Below, one piece after another: positions 18,293 to 28,769 of a DNA stretch of 64,000 nucleotides. The stretch comes from Candidatus Poribacteria bacterium. Its GTDB lineage: Bacteria; Poribacteria; WGA-4E; WGA-3G. The translations under genes and the position numbers were made by a program. Position 1 is the first letter of the stretch. Each line of letters opens with the position of its first letter. The notes beneath the pieces are model-generated. The model had not been told where the DNA came from. It did not search any database and saw only the letters and a list, made by a program, of their open reading frames with translations. The stretch spans positions 1,504,001 through 1,568,000 of the forward strand of contig CBDANF010000003.1 in assembly GCA_965197475.1 (NCBI GenBank). Direction: 5' to 3'.

Positions 18293-20434
18293 ATGCTCAT
18301 AGAGAAGCTTGTGGAAGGTATTCAAGGGGTGGCAGCGGAACTTGGTCAAGCCGCGATATGGCTTTCCATACTCTCTGCGATATGGGCAATTGGCGCACTC
18401 AGCATCGGATTACGGCAGAAAAAATTCAATGTAGTCCAGAGTGGCAGGAACGCCGTTATTGCGACCTTTGCTCTTATCACCGTTGCCACAACCGCATTAA
18501 TCTTTGGCTTTGTAACTGATGATTTCTCAATGAAGTATGTCGTTGAGGTATCCAGTGCAGCACAACCCCTCCTCTATAAATTTACTGCCCTCTGGGGGCG
18601 AATGTCTGGTTCACTCCTATTCTGGCTTTGGTTGCTCACTCTTGGCGGGATTATAGTTGTTTGGCAAAACAGGAAAGCAACTGATACGTTATCAGATTAC
18701 GCGCTGATTCCTATCGCCATCGTACAGCTCTTTTTCATTATCCTTGTGACCGGTTTAATTGAAGGGGTCTACAATCCCCTGGACCGATTTCCTAATGGGC
18801 AGGTGGCAGCTGACGGTCGAGGGATGAACCCACTCCTCCAGACACCCAGCATGGCATTCCATCCACCAACTCTGTATGTCGGTTGGATTAGTTTGACGGT
18901 GCCGTTTGCGTTTGCTGTGGGCGCGCTTGCGTCTGGCAAAATTGGAAGCGATTGGATACTCCGTTCTCGAAGGTGGATGCTATTTTCATGGATTATTCTC
19001 ACTATCGGCATCACCCTTGGCGGTAATTGGGCATATCGCGAACTTGGATGGGGTGGATACTGGGCATGGGACCCGGTTGAAAACGCTTCCTTTATGCCGT
19101 GGCTACTCGGCACCGCTTATCTGCACTCTGTGATGATTCAAGAGAAGCGGAATATGCTCAAAATGTGGAATATCCTCCTGATTACCTTAGCGTTCCAATT
19201 CACCCTATTAGGAACATTTATTACCCGAAGTGGAATTATAACTTCGGTGCATGCTTTCGCACAATCAGACATTGGCGGGTATTTTCTTGGGTTTATCATC
19301 GCTTCAACCGCGGGTGTGCTCGGACTTGTGGCATATCGTTGGCAACGACTCAAAAGTGCTAATCGTCTTGAATCTCTTCTCTCACGTGAAAGTGCTTTTG
19401 TCCTGAACAATTGGCTCCTTGTTGGATTAACGTTGATCATTCTTTGGGGAACATTGTGGCCTATCATCTCAGAAGCGATTCAGGGTGAAAAGACAGCTGT
19501 TCCCGAAGCGTTTTTCAATCAGGTTGTCATTATTCCAGGATTGCTGCTTCTCTTTTTAACCGGTGCCGGTCCTATTATCTCATGGAAGAAGATCACGCCT
19601 AACAATTTTCGCCGTATGTTTGTATCGCCACTTCTTATCGGTTTGGCAGCAGCAGCAGTAGCATGGATATTTCTTGCTTTCAGAGCGCACGCTGCTGCAT
19701 CTGTTACAGCAGTTGCCCCAGAGATAACTACAAATAATTTGTTTATGCAGGCATGGGAATTTCTTGTTTTCAGCGGACAGTCGATCCCTATTTACTCAGT
19801 GCTTTGTGTTTTTGCAAGTGTGTTTGTGTTCGTTGCGATCTTTAGCGAATTTTATCGCGGTGCTAAATTGCGGGCAAAACGGCAGGAGACATCTTTACTC
19901 AACGGACTGTGGCTCCTGCTCCAACGCAACAAACGCCGTTATGGCGGTTATATTGTCCATATCGGAATCGTTATTGTCTACATAGGTATTATGGGGTCCA
20001 AAGGGTATTTTTTACTCAAATCCGAAAGTCTCAAACTGGGACAATCAATGGATGTAGGTTCGTATCAACTTACGATGAAAGATTCATTTCAGGAAGAACA
20101 CGAAAACTTTCTCCGAGCGGGAGTTGTTTTCGATGTTGCAAAAAATGGGCGAAAAGAGACAACGATGAGACCTGCGCGCCACTTCTACTATAAAGCAGGA
20201 CAAGGCGATCAAGATACGATTGAGTCGGCGATCCGCCATAACGGTGTGAATGACCTCTATATCGCCCTCGGGCCTTTGCCATCAAAGATAGATGCAGACA
20301 CCGATGTAACCGTCCAGGTCTACCATAACCCCCTTATTGGAGTTGTCTGGATCGGTGTCGCCGTGATGGTGTTAGGTGGAATTATCGCGATAATTGAGAG
20401 GTCTGACCCTAAACCAAGTTCCCAAACAACATAG
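18293..20434 (+). CDS. ccmF: Cytochrome c heme lyase
   Basis: HPP..Y.G, WGGYWAWDPVENASFMPW, SVHAFA motifs. Confidence 0.95.
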   Translation: MLIEKLVEGIQGVAAELGQAAIWLSILSAIWAIGALSIGLRQKKFNVVQSGRNAVIATFALITVATTALIFGFVTDDFSMKYVVEVSSAAQPLLYKFTALWGRMSGSLLFWLWLLTLGGIIVVWQNRKATDTLSDYALIPIAIVQLFFIILVTGLIEGVYNPLDRFPNGQVAADGRGMNPLLQTPSMAFHPPTLYVGWISLTVPFAFAVGALASGKIGSDWILRSRRWMLFSWIILTIGITLGGNWAYRELGWGGYWAWDPVENASFMPWLLGTAYLHSVMIQEKRNMLKMWNILLITLAFQFTLLGTFITRSGIITSVHAFAQSDIGGYFLGFIIASTAGVLGLVAYRWQRLKSANRLESLLSRESAFVLNNWLLVGLTLIILWGTLWPIISEAIQGEKTAVPEAFFNQVVIIPGLLLLFLTGAGPIISWKKITPNNFRRMFVSPLLIGLAAAAVAWIFLAFRAHAAASVTAVAPEITTNNLFMQAWEFLVFSGQSIPIYSVLCVFASVFVFVAIFSEFYRGAKLRAKRQETSLLNGLWLLLQRNKRRYGGYIVHIGIVIVYIGIMGSKGYFLLKSESLKLGQSMDVGSYQLTMKDSFQEEHENFLRAGVVFDVAKNGRKETTMRPARHFYYKAGQGDQDTIESAIRHNGVNDLYIALGPLPSKIDADTDVTVQVYHNPLIGVVWIGVAVMVLGGIIAIIERSDPKPSSQTT

Positions 20435-20962
20435 GTGATTACAATGAAAACCCTAAATTCACAGTTGGTTAAAAAGGTTTGTGCCTCTATACTGGCGATC
20501 ATTGTGCTATTTATTTTCGTCAGCACTACCTCTGCACAAGAACAGGCAGAGGACATGAGAGACGTAAAAATCATTGATTATGAATCTGAATTAGAAGAAC
20601 TGATAACCACAGTTTACTGTTACTGTGGCTGTACGCGGGAAACCATCAAGGCATGTGTATGTCCAACGGCGCAAAACGTTGAAACAGATTTCCGTAATAA
20701 ATTACTACGCGGTGACACAGTTGATGAAATTCGCACCGAGTATCTTGAAAAATGGGGACCTCAGTTTTCCGCAGTTATGAAGAATCTGATTGCTTATATA
20801 ATGCCCGCAGTTATCCTGATAGCTATTGGTGGTGTTATTTTTATTGTTCGGCATCAATCACGCGGAAACAAGTTACCATCAACACAACATGACAATCAGA
20901 TTTCTGATGAGTTGCAACAACAGGTTGAAGCGGAACTCGAAAAATATAAGGAACAAAATTAG
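20435..20962 (+). CDS. ccmH: CcmH/NrfF-like cytochrome c biogenesis protein
   Basis: Signal peptide, YCYCGC...CVC, G.T.DEI...Y..KWG, C-terminal TM; directly follows ccmF. Confidence 0.7.
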   Translation: MITMKTLNSQLVKKVCASILAIIVLFIFVSTTSAQEQAEDMRDVKIIDYESELEELITTVYCYCGCTRETIKACVCPTAQNVETDFRNKLLRGDTVDEIRTEYLEKWGPQFSAVMKNLIAYIMPAVILIAIGGVIFIVRHQSRGNKLPSTQHDNQISDELQQQVEAELEKYKEQN

Positions 20963-20971
20963 GGGATTGTA

Positions 20972-21307
20972 ATGGTTTTCCTTGTGCTTTTGTGGATTAT
21001 TCTTCTTGGAACGGCACTTTTGGTATATCTCATATTACCGCTTTTTAACAGATCGGATATCTTCCCAGAAGTTAATCCAACGGAGGCACGCATGCAAACC
21101 CTCTCTCTGGAACGCGAACAGAGTTATTCTGCATTAGTTGACCTTGATGAAGATTATGAAACGGGAAAACTTTCAAAAAAAGATTATCAAGAATTACGTG
21201 CCGCTCTCATGCAAGATACGGCTCGTATTATTAGTCAACTGGAAACCGATGCCATGACAGATGTTGAATCTGAGATTGAAAGGTATAAACAGCAGAAACG
21301 CAGATAA
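20972..21307 (+). CDS. CcmI N-terminal-like membrane protein
   Basis: TM followed by L.DLD.DYETGKLSKKDYQELR. Confidence 0.65.
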   Translation: MVFLVLLWIILLGTALLVYLILPLFNRSDIFPEVNPTEARMQTLSLEREQSYSALVDLDEDYETGKLSKKDYQELRAALMQDTARIISQLETDAMTDVESEIERYKQQKRR

Positions 21308-22602
21308 TGAAAACACACAGTAGTCCATTATTAATCAAAAAGAGATGCCACACCTTAAAACATGTGGAAACCGTTAGGTATCTTAGTAATCTGTTAGTAA
21401 TAGTTTTCACTTTTCTGTTGTGGCTTCCTGCCACCTATTCCCAAAATGAAGTTGGTAATATTCATGGCAAACTAACTGACATAAAGTTGGACAAACCTAT
21501 CGCTAACCATCTTGTTACGCTCAATATCTATAATGCGGCGGACGTTACGCGACAGGAAACGAAAACTGATGAAAACGGAACCTATCGTTTTGAAAATCTG
21601 CCGATTGATGCCGAGACACACTATACAATCTCTACAACTTACAATAGCGTTGCGTATACAGAGAAAGATTTAGTGCTTTCTTCATTCGTGCCAAATCTCC
21701 CTGTTAACATTGAAATCACCGCTCCGACAGATGACCCATCGCAGATTCGAATAAAGTCATATACAATTGTTATCGGATTACCCCCTGAAGACCATGCAAC
21801 AGATGGTGCCGTGACGGTTATTGAGGCTTTAGATGTTGAAAACCTGAGTAACTCACCGTTCCAAACCACTCGCGAAAATAAAGTCGTTGGGTTCAATCTC
21901 GATCTTCCGAAAGGGTATGAGGCGTTTCACCCCCATGTACCTACGTCCCTAAAACGCAGTTCTACCGGCAATCGTATCGTTCTCTCGGATCCGTTACCTC
22001 CCGGGCCGACACAAGTAGGATACAGGTACATCTTTCATGCTAATAAGAACAAACTTGATTTATCTCGGCGGCTGCATTTTCGTGCGGATCAGATCTCTAT
22101 CCTTATTCCAGCAGGTATCAACTTGGCTCCACATTCAAAGTATTTTAAGACGACTGACTATGAAGTGATTAACAATGTGGTTTACAAAGTTTACCCAGCA
22201 GCCCCGGCCAGTGGATTCTCAGCAGGCAAAACAGTGAGTTTAAAATTGGGGATACCTAAGCAAAAATTTAATATCGGACAGGTGGTATTTATTGCGATTG
22301 CTGCCTCTTTGGCAGGTGGATTTCTTGCCGCAGCGATTTTTATGCTCCGAGCGAGGCATCGTACCCCTGTTGAATCCGACGCCTCACAGGCAGTAACATT
22401 TGATTCGGGTTGGCTCCGTAAACTTAGAGATGCTGACCTTGAGCACGCCCGTACCACACGGCTTGAATTTATAACCCTGCTTGATAAGGCACACGAAAAA
22501 CAGGAGATTTCGGAACGGGTTTACAACCGATTACGTAAGGAACAGACCGAGCGGCTCACTGAGATAATTAACCAACGCCAAGAACGAGGATTAGATAACT
22601 GA
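21307..22602 (+). CDS. Membrane-anchored protein with carboxypeptidase-regulatory-like/Ig domain, associated with the ccm operon
   Basis: TDENGTYRFENL motif, C-terminal TM, CcmI-like tail (LDKAHEKQEISERVY..LR). Confidence 0.6.
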   Translation: MKTHSSPLLIKKRCHTLKHVETVRYLSNLLVIVFTFLLWLPATYSQNEVGNIHGKLTDIKLDKPIANHLVTLNIYNAADVTRQETKTDENGTYRFENLPIDAETHYTISTTYNSVAYTEKDLVLSSFVPNLPVNIEITAPTDDPSQIRIKSYTIVIGLPPEDHATDGAVTVIEALDVENLSNSPFQTTRENKVVGFNLDLPKGYEAFHPHVPTSLKRSSTGNRIVLSDPLPPGPTQVGYRYIFHANKNKLDLSRRLHFRADQISILIPAGINLAPHSKYFKTTDYEVINNVVYKVYPAAPASGFSAGKTVSLKLGIPKQKFNIGQVVFIAIAASLAGGFLAAAIFMLRARHRTPVESDASQAVTFDSGWLRKLRDADLEHARTTRLEFITLLDKAHEKQEISERVYNRLRKEQTERLTEIINQRQERGLDN

Positions 22603-22809
22603 AGGGTGTGCATAAAAAACCGATTTAAATGTGCGCTTAAAAGTAGTAGGCACACCCCACCAAATACCATACGCGCATTCTGCGTTAATTTGGCGCGCCA
22701 TAACCAAGTCCAAAGAGGCGCGTAAATTTGCGCGACTACAAACGCCGCAAATCTAAAGAAAATGTAATGTATAGGTATTTTAGATTTGACTATAAAAGGA
22801 TTTTATAGG

Positions 22810-23415
22810 ATGAGTAATGAACAATGTATCGCTGACTTGATTGAGGATTTCTCGGAGCTTGACGATGATGTGCGTGATGCTGCGAAGGCAGAGTTGATTG
22901 CTATCGGTGAACCCGCAATACCACAACTCATTGAGGCACTTGCCGATAATTTATGGGATATCGCTGATCAAGCCGCCGATGTCTTAGCAGCAATCGGTGA
23001 ACCCACAATACCTGCACTCATGGAAGAGATGGAGATTGCCGAAAGACATCAAGGTTTCGCTCTCAGCAGTACATTTACTCGTATAGGTGAGCCGGCAATA
23101 CCTGCTTTGGTTGAAGCATTAAATAACAAACTGAATGAAGAGCTTCGAGAATATGCCGTTCGCGCGCTCAGTGGAATGGGCGTTGCCGCAATTAGCGCAA
23201 TACCCGCACTTATTCAAGCTTTGAGCGATCCCGCGGACGAGGTTCGAACTTATACAGCCTACGCACTCGCTAAAATGGAGGAAGCAGCAGCGGATGCTGT
23301 GCCTGCTCTCATCAAAGCTCTTGAAGATGATTCTGAACGCGTTCAACACCATGTGGCATTTGCATTAGACAAAATTGGGACCCCAGAGGCACAGGAAGCA
23401 CTTAGATCTCTGTAG
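22810..23415 (+). CDS. HEAT/PBS-lyase repeat protein
   Basis: Repeated IGEPAIPALxEAL.D....VR..AA.AL. Confidence 0.85.
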   Translation: MSNEQCIADLIEDFSELDDDVRDAAKAELIAIGEPAIPQLIEALADNLWDIADQAADVLAAIGEPTIPALMEEMEIAERHQGFALSSTFTRIGEPAIPALVEALNNKLNEELREYAVRALSGMGVAAISAIPALIQALSDPADEVRTYTAYALAKMEEAAADAVPALIKALEDDSERVQHHVAFALDKIGTPEAQEALRSL

Positions 23416-23430
23416 GAGAAGGAGATAGTC

Positions 23431-24270
23431 ATGGCTGAAGCAAGACAAAAACTTGATGATATAAGAATGGAAGAAACTCATCGAAAACGTGCCAATGAAC
23501 TTGATGGTAAAACGTGGTTGCGATATTCAGTATCAGTATGGAGTGATATTAGAAAAACAAAGGAAGAAACTGCGCTAAAACACCCCGCAATGTTTCCCAT
23601 TGCACTCGCGTGTCGTCTTATTGAATGTTTTACAAATTCTGATGCTTCTTTAATATTGGATCCCTTCGCTGGAGTTGGTTCTACATTACTCGCTGCTAAG
23701 GAGTCGGGCAAAGATGCTATCGGATTAGAGATTTCTCCTGAATTCGTCCAGATTGCCGAAGGTCGCCTAAGTCAAATGAACCTGTTTGGAGAGGAGACTG
23801 AGATAAAAATTCATACTGCCGATAGTCGTGAACTTTATCGGTATATTTCCCCAAACAGTGTGGATATGGTAGTAACATCACCTCCGTATTGGGATATTCT
23901 GTTGCAAAAAAGGACTGCTGATAATAAAGAGCAGCGGGATTATGGGGATACAGTGGCAGACTTAGGAAAAATTCGAGATTATGAGAAATTCTTATTAGAA
24001 CTTCGCAAAATTTTTGAGCAAGTCTATGGTGTGATGAAGCCCGAAAGTTATTGTTGTGTTATCGTCATGGATTTGCGAAAAAAGAACCGGTTTTATCCCT
24101 ATCATATTGACATTTCTCAGTTGATGGTGGATATCGGTTTTAATTTCGATGACACTATTATATGGAACCGAGCACAAGAATATAACAACTTGCGGCCGTT
24201 AGGCTATCCGAGTGTCTTCCGTGTTAATAAAGTCCATGAGTTTATTTTGATTTTCCAAAAGCCCGCATAA
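23431..24270 (+). CDS. DNA amino-methyltransferase, probably N4-cytosine (motif I before motif IV)
   Basis: HPAMFP, DPFAGVGST, TSPPYW. Confidence 0.9.
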   Translation: MAEARQKLDDIRMEETHRKRANELDGKTWLRYSVSVWSDIRKTKEETALKHPAMFPIALACRLIECFTNSDASLILDPFAGVGSTLLAAKESGKDAIGLEISPEFVQIAEGRLSQMNLFGEETEIKIHTADSRELYRYISPNSVDMVVTSPPYWDILLQKRTADNKEQRDYGDTVADLGKIRDYEKFLLELRKIFEQVYGVMKPESYCCVIVMDLRKKNRFYPYHIDISQLMVDIGFNFDDTIIWNRAQEYNNLRPLGYPSVFRVNKVHEFILIFQKPA

Positions 24271-24302
24271 GCATTCACATTTTGTAGGCATGGACATATC
24301 CA

Positions 24303-25262
24303 ATGAGTTTAATCGAAGTAATAGACTATATTGACGCGGATGTTGCCTATCTGTTAGGTATGATTACGGCACGAGGTAGAATCTCTGAAAGTGGAGGCGT
24401 TAAGCAAATTATTGAGTTTCCTTATCATGCACTTAGAGTTGATGGTGTCTCTGGCACTTTTGACACTGATACGTCTATACGGTTGGGTTTGCAACAGATA
24501 CAAGAACGGGTTTTTGAGTTAACTGGAGCGGATGTCAGTATTGTTAGTGGTGAGAATAATGTTGCCCTCGTGTTACGTTTTCTTAGAAATACGATGGTGT
24601 GGCGAAATATTTTGATGCATACACAGGAACGCACGGGGTATGAATATTTTGGAGTTCCAGAGATATTTTTTTCTTCATCTGTTCCTAAGGATTGGAAACG
24701 GGAATATCTCAGGGGTTTTGCCGATGTTGCTGGAAATGTCAGGCGTGCAAATCGTTATATAGATAAATCAAACCGCGTTCGACTTGATGTATTAAACTAT
24801 CCTACAAACTGGGACATGCCGGTTCAACTCTGTACTCTTCTGGAAGAGCATTTAACGATTCCCGTTCAGTTAATCACTTGGGGACATCCCAATTTGGGAC
24901 GGGATTTTCGTGAACATCAAATCAATATCTTTGCTGTTCCATTTGGAAATATCGGTTTTTCATTGCCACACAAGCAAAATATTTTGGAAGAATTTATTGA
25001 GCAGGACAAGAAAAATCATCCTCAGAAAACTTACAGTCCCTGTCTTGGCAGACGAAAGTTAAGAAAAGGAAAACGAAAATCGAAGGACGATAGAGAAAAT
25101 TCCGAAAAACTTGATGATCGGTTAAATGACAAACATTTCAACGCGTACCGGCAAATTTGCAAAAAGTTAGGGTGTCCGCGCACACCGAAAATTCTCCAAC
25201 AAGGAGATTGGAGGGTTGACGCACAGGACGCATTAGAGGAAGTAACAGAGGATAAAGTATAA
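24303..25262 (+). CDS. LAGLIDADG-like protein with degenerate catalytic positions
   Basis: AYLLGMITARG and EYLRGFADVAG about 120 aa apart; basic, Cys-containing C-terminus. Confidence 0.55.
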   Translation: MSLIEVIDYIDADVAYLLGMITARGRISESGGVKQIIEFPYHALRVDGVSGTFDTDTSIRLGLQQIQERVFELTGADVSIVSGENNVALVLRFLRNTMVWRNILMHTQERTGYEYFGVPEIFFSSSVPKDWKREYLRGFADVAGNVRRANRYIDKSNRVRLDVLNYPTNWDMPVQLCTLLEEHLTIPVQLITWGHPNLGRDFREHQINIFAVPFGNIGFSLPHKQNILEEFIEQDKKNHPQKTYSPCLGRRKLRKGKRKSKDDRENSEKLDDRLNDKHFNAYRQICKKLGCPRTPKILQQGDWRVDAQDALEEVTEDKV

Positions 25263-25275
25263 ATCCGAAAAGGAT

Positions 25276-25761
25276 ATGTACCCTAATGTTTGTGAGTGGT
25301 TAGCGGATTTTCTAAAGGACCGCTTCAAAAAAGCACATGTTGAGGTCTATGAACTTTCTCAAAAGCCAATTTCCCGTTTTCTCAGAACATATAACCGAGG
25401 TAACTTTCCCGCAGAATGGGTCACATGGAACATCAAGGTTGATGTTGTTGGATTTGTGCACCGTTCAAACAAACCAACCTCAATGGCTTTTGTGGAATGC
25501 AAAAATACCAAACTTACAATGGCACACCTTTCGCAACTCTTGGGCTACAGCCGCATTGCACAACCCCTTTATTCATTTCTGATTTCTCCTATAGGTTTTT
25601 CTCCAACGCTTGTCTCTTTGCTTCAAGAATATCGGAGACAGGATGTGTTGGAATATCAGTGGGAAACTGGGAGAATACCACGGAAAATTGTCTTAGCACA
25701 GTGGGATATGGCTACAGCTAATCTGAATAGACATACTATGATAGGAGGAATAGGGGTATAA
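25276..25761 (+). CDS. Small PD-(D/E)XK nuclease-family protein
   Basis: KVDVVGF...FVECK...SQLLGY (D...ExK...QxxxY, Mrr/NucS-like). Confidence 0.65.
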   Translation: MYPNVCEWLADFLKDRFKKAHVEVYELSQKPISRFLRTYNRGNFPAEWVTWNIKVDVVGFVHRSNKPTSMAFVECKNTKLTMAHLSQLLGYSRIAQPLYSFLISPIGFSPTLVSLLQEYRRQDVLEYQWETGRIPRKIVLAQWDMATANLNRHTMIGGIGV

Positions 25762-25827
25762 AACCTGATATTTCTGAATGTAGATACAAAGTAAACATTA
25801 TGGTAAATTGTTGGATTAAATAAAAAC

Positions 25828-25856
25828 TTGAAAACAATATGTAAATATGATATAAT
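25828..25856 (+). promoter_or_regulatory. sigma70 promoter of the oxidoreductase operon
   Basis: TTGAAA, 17 nt, TATAAT. Confidence 0.6.
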
Positions 25857-25979
25857 TAGAAAAAGTGGAATACAAGGATTGTTATAAAGGAAATTTCACG
25901 AACCTCATTCAAGAAAACGCGAATTAATAAAAATAATTAACAGTCGAACGAATTTGCTTACAATTAGAAAGGAGCCAAG

Positions 25980-27773
25980 ATGGCAAAGTACGATTTTGTA
26001 GTCGCCATAGGTGGGGCACCGGGGCAAGGTATAGCTACAGCAGGAAAAAACTTGAGTCAACTCTGTGCTCAGCACGGTCTCCATGTTTTTGCTTATAGTG
26101 CTTACCAATCCCTCATCCGTGGCGGTCATACCTTCCTTACTATCAGAATTAGTTCTGAACCTGTCTCAAACCACGGCGACAAGATTGACCTTATCATTGC
26201 TCTTGATCGTAACAGTTTAGAAAAACATGTGCCGCATGTCAGACCCGGCGGTGCAATTATATATAACAGTAATGATGTAAAAAAACAGGCACCAGAACGA
26301 GACGATATCCAGTTGTGTCCTATTCCTTATAAAGAATACTCCAGCGTAATTGAAGATAGAAAGTTACAGAGAGCATGTCTGAATACGTGTCTGCTTGGTG
26401 CTGCTTTGGCACTCGTGGGTGCAGATTTAACGATGCTTGAGGAGATAATAACCGCTGCGCTTCTCAAAAAAGGACAGGAAGTTGTGGATGCCAACATCTC
26501 GGTGGCGACTGCAGGTTATGAGCACGCTATCCAGCACTTCACGCAATTTGATACCAAGTTTGAGAAACACGGACCTCCACTTGCTTTCGGTCAAGGCAAT
26601 TCTCTTATGGCAATGGGTGGTGCAGCAGCAGGTGTAAAATTTTATTGTGCCTACCCAATGAGTCCCTCAACCGGTGTTCTACATTGGATGGCGAGAAACG
26701 CTCGTGATCTCAATATTATGGTCCGTCAATGTGAAGACGAAATCAGTGTTGTCAACATGGTAATCGGTGCAGCACATGCTGGATGCCGTGCGATGTGTGC
26801 AACATCTGGTGGTGGATTTGCACTCATGTCAGAAGCAATCGGGAGTGCTGGTATGATGGAAATTCCGATTGTTGTCATTAATGTTCAACGTGGGGGGCCT
26901 TCTACAGGTTTGCCAACGAAAACTGAACAGGGTGATCTATGGCAGATACTTGGGGCAAGTCAAGGTGACTTTCCCAAAATCGTTGTCGCGCCTACCAGTA
27001 TTATTGATGGGTTTAATACTATCCCTGAACTTTTCAATCTCGTTGATAAATTCCAGTGTCCCGGTATGGTTCTCTCAGATCTTATGCTCGGCGAAGGTTA
27101 TACTACATTTGAGCCAGATTCTATCAATTGGCAACCAGAAATTGACCGTGGCGAGATGATAACTGAACTTGGACAAACAGATGGAGAATACCTGCGTTAC
27201 CAGATTACCGACAGTGGAATTTCACCACGGGCAATCCCAGGCACAGCTGATCATGTGCACGTCGTCGCTACCGATGACCATGATCAAGATGGCGGACTAA
27301 TTAGTGATGAATTTACGGACCCGCATAAACGACGTGACATCATGGAAAAACGGCAACGGAAAATGGACGGTATCGTTGAACTGCTCCCACCCCCAACGCT
27401 TGAAGGACCTGAAGATGCAGAAGTCACGCTCATTGGATGGGGGTCTACACACGGTGTCATTAGTGAAGCAGCACAAATGTTGAATGAAGATGGTATTAAG
27501 ACTAACCATATCCAATTCAAATGGCTCTATCCGATGGACGAAGATGCTGTAAATGAAGTGTTGGCAAATTCAGGACACGCTATTATTGTTGAGTGCAACT
27601 ACACAGGCCAGTTCGCTCGGTTCTTGCGGGGCGAAACAGGCTTTAAGGCAGATGGACACATCCGCAAGTATGATGGTGAACCGTTTATGCCACACCACAT
27701 CGTTGACGGAGCCCGTGAACTATTAATCGATAAAACTGAACTCTACGTCCCATACCAGGAAATTGTTGTCTAA
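25980..27773 (+). CDS. korA: 2-oxoacid:ferredoxin oxidoreductase alpha (gamma-alpha fusion) subunit
   Basis: GGAPGQG, IRGGH, YPMSPST, EDEIS, TSGGGF, RGGPSTGLPTKTEQGD. Confidence 0.9.
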   Translation: MAKYDFVVAIGGAPGQGIATAGKNLSQLCAQHGLHVFAYSAYQSLIRGGHTFLTIRISSEPVSNHGDKIDLIIALDRNSLEKHVPHVRPGGAIIYNSNDVKKQAPERDDIQLCPIPYKEYSSVIEDRKLQRACLNTCLLGAALALVGADLTMLEEIITAALLKKGQEVVDANISVATAGYEHAIQHFTQFDTKFEKHGPPLAFGQGNSLMAMGGAAAGVKFYCAYPMSPSTGVLHWMARNARDLNIMVRQCEDEISVVNMVIGAAHAGCRAMCATSGGGFALMSEAIGSAGMMEIPIVVINVQRGGPSTGLPTKTEQGDLWQILGASQGDFPKIVVAPTSIIDGFNTIPELFNLVDKFQCPGMVLSDLMLGEGYTTFEPDSINWQPEIDRGEMITELGQTDGEYLRYQITDSGISPRAIPGTADHVHVVATDDHDQDGGLISDEFTDPHKRRDIMEKRQRKMDGIVELLPPPTLEGPEDAEVTLIGWGSTHGVISEAAQMLNEDGIKTNHIQFKWLYPMDEDAVNEVLANSGHAIIVECNYTGQFARFLRGETGFKADGHIRKYDGEPFMPHHIVDGARELLIDKTELYVPYQEIVV

Positions 27774-27782
27774 CAATGGAGG

Positions 27783-28682
27783 ATGAATCAAATGGCAAAA
27801 AAAGAAAGACCTATTCAAGGTGCTCCTACTGCGAGAGATTTTAAAGGCGATGTTAATCCCGATTGGTGTCCCGGTTGTGGTGATTTCGGTGTGCTTAATG
27901 CGCTACAAAATGCTTATGCCAAACTCGGTCGTGGCAATCATGATCACCTTACCGTCAGCGGAATCGGGTGTTCCTCTAATCTGCCTGGCTTCATTCGTAC
28001 TTACGGAATGCACACCCTACATGGACGTTCACTTGCCGTAGCAACGGGTGCTAAACTCGCTAATCATGAGTTGAATGTCGTCGTCACTGGTGGTGATGGA
28101 GATGGATACGGCATCGGCGGAAATCACTTCATTCACACGATGCGAAAAAATATTGATCTCCTCTACATTGTGATGAACAACGAGACTTACGGGTTAACTG
28201 TCGGTCAAGCCTCACCTACGACGCAAGTAGACGAGATAACCAATAGCACCCCGTTCGGCAATATAGAAACACCTCTCAATCCCGTAGCAATGGCAATTGT
28301 CGCAGGTGCTACTTATGTCGCAAGAGCATTTAGTTCTGAAGGAAAACCACTCGCTGAATTAATGTACAACGGGATGCAGCACAAAGGTTTTGCGTTTATT
28401 GATGTTATCAGTCCTTGTTTGACGTGGAAGGGTGATGAAATTTTCGATTATTGGAAAGAACGTGTCAACTCTCTTGAAAATCATGACACAAGTGACAAAG
28501 CTGCGGCACTTGAACAAGCGGTCAAGACCGGTCATGACACTCAGCTTGGGTTATTCTATCACGATACAAGTCGTCCCTCCTTGGAACAGTTGGAACCCGT
28601 TTTGGAAAACGGTCCTATGGTACATCAACCCCTCGGCATTACCCCAGAGCAGGGTGCCTCAATCATCCAGCGCATGATGTAA
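27783..28682 (+). CDS. korB: 2-oxoacid:ferredoxin oxidoreductase beta subunit
   Basis: WCPGCGDF, SGIGCS, HGR, GDGD...NN TPP motif. Confidence 0.9.
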   Translation: MNQMAKKERPIQGAPTARDFKGDVNPDWCPGCGDFGVLNALQNAYAKLGRGNHDHLTVSGIGCSSNLPGFIRTYGMHTLHGRSLAVATGAKLANHELNVVVTGGDGDGYGIGGNHFIHTMRKNIDLLYIVMNNETYGLTVGQASPTTQVDEITNSTPFGNIETPLNPVAMAIVAGATYVARAFSSEGKPLAELMYNGMQHKGFAFIDVISPCLTWKGDEIFDYWKERVNSLENHDTSDKAAALEQAVKTGHDTQLGLFYHDTSRPSLEQLEPVLENGPMVHQPLGITPEQGASIIQRMM

Positions 28683-28694
28683 AACATATCGGTT

Positions 28695-28726
28695 AGGGCA
28701 GGCATTGTTCCTGCCCTTTTCTTTTT
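28695..28726 (+). terminator. Rho-independent terminator
   Basis: AGGGCAGG/CCTGCCCT stem followed by a T-run. Confidence 0.8.
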
Positions 28727-28769
28727 GAATTTACGACGGTGCTGAAACCACAAATTTCTCCTACACCCT

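Noticed and set aside
22660-22780. Additional MITE (aatacc...ggtatt ends)
   Set aside because: Ends are too degenerate and no target duplication could be defined.
24303-25262. Active homing endonuclease or intein
   Set aside because: Catalytic acidic residues are missing, there are no intein splicing motifs, and it is not inside an intron or host gene.
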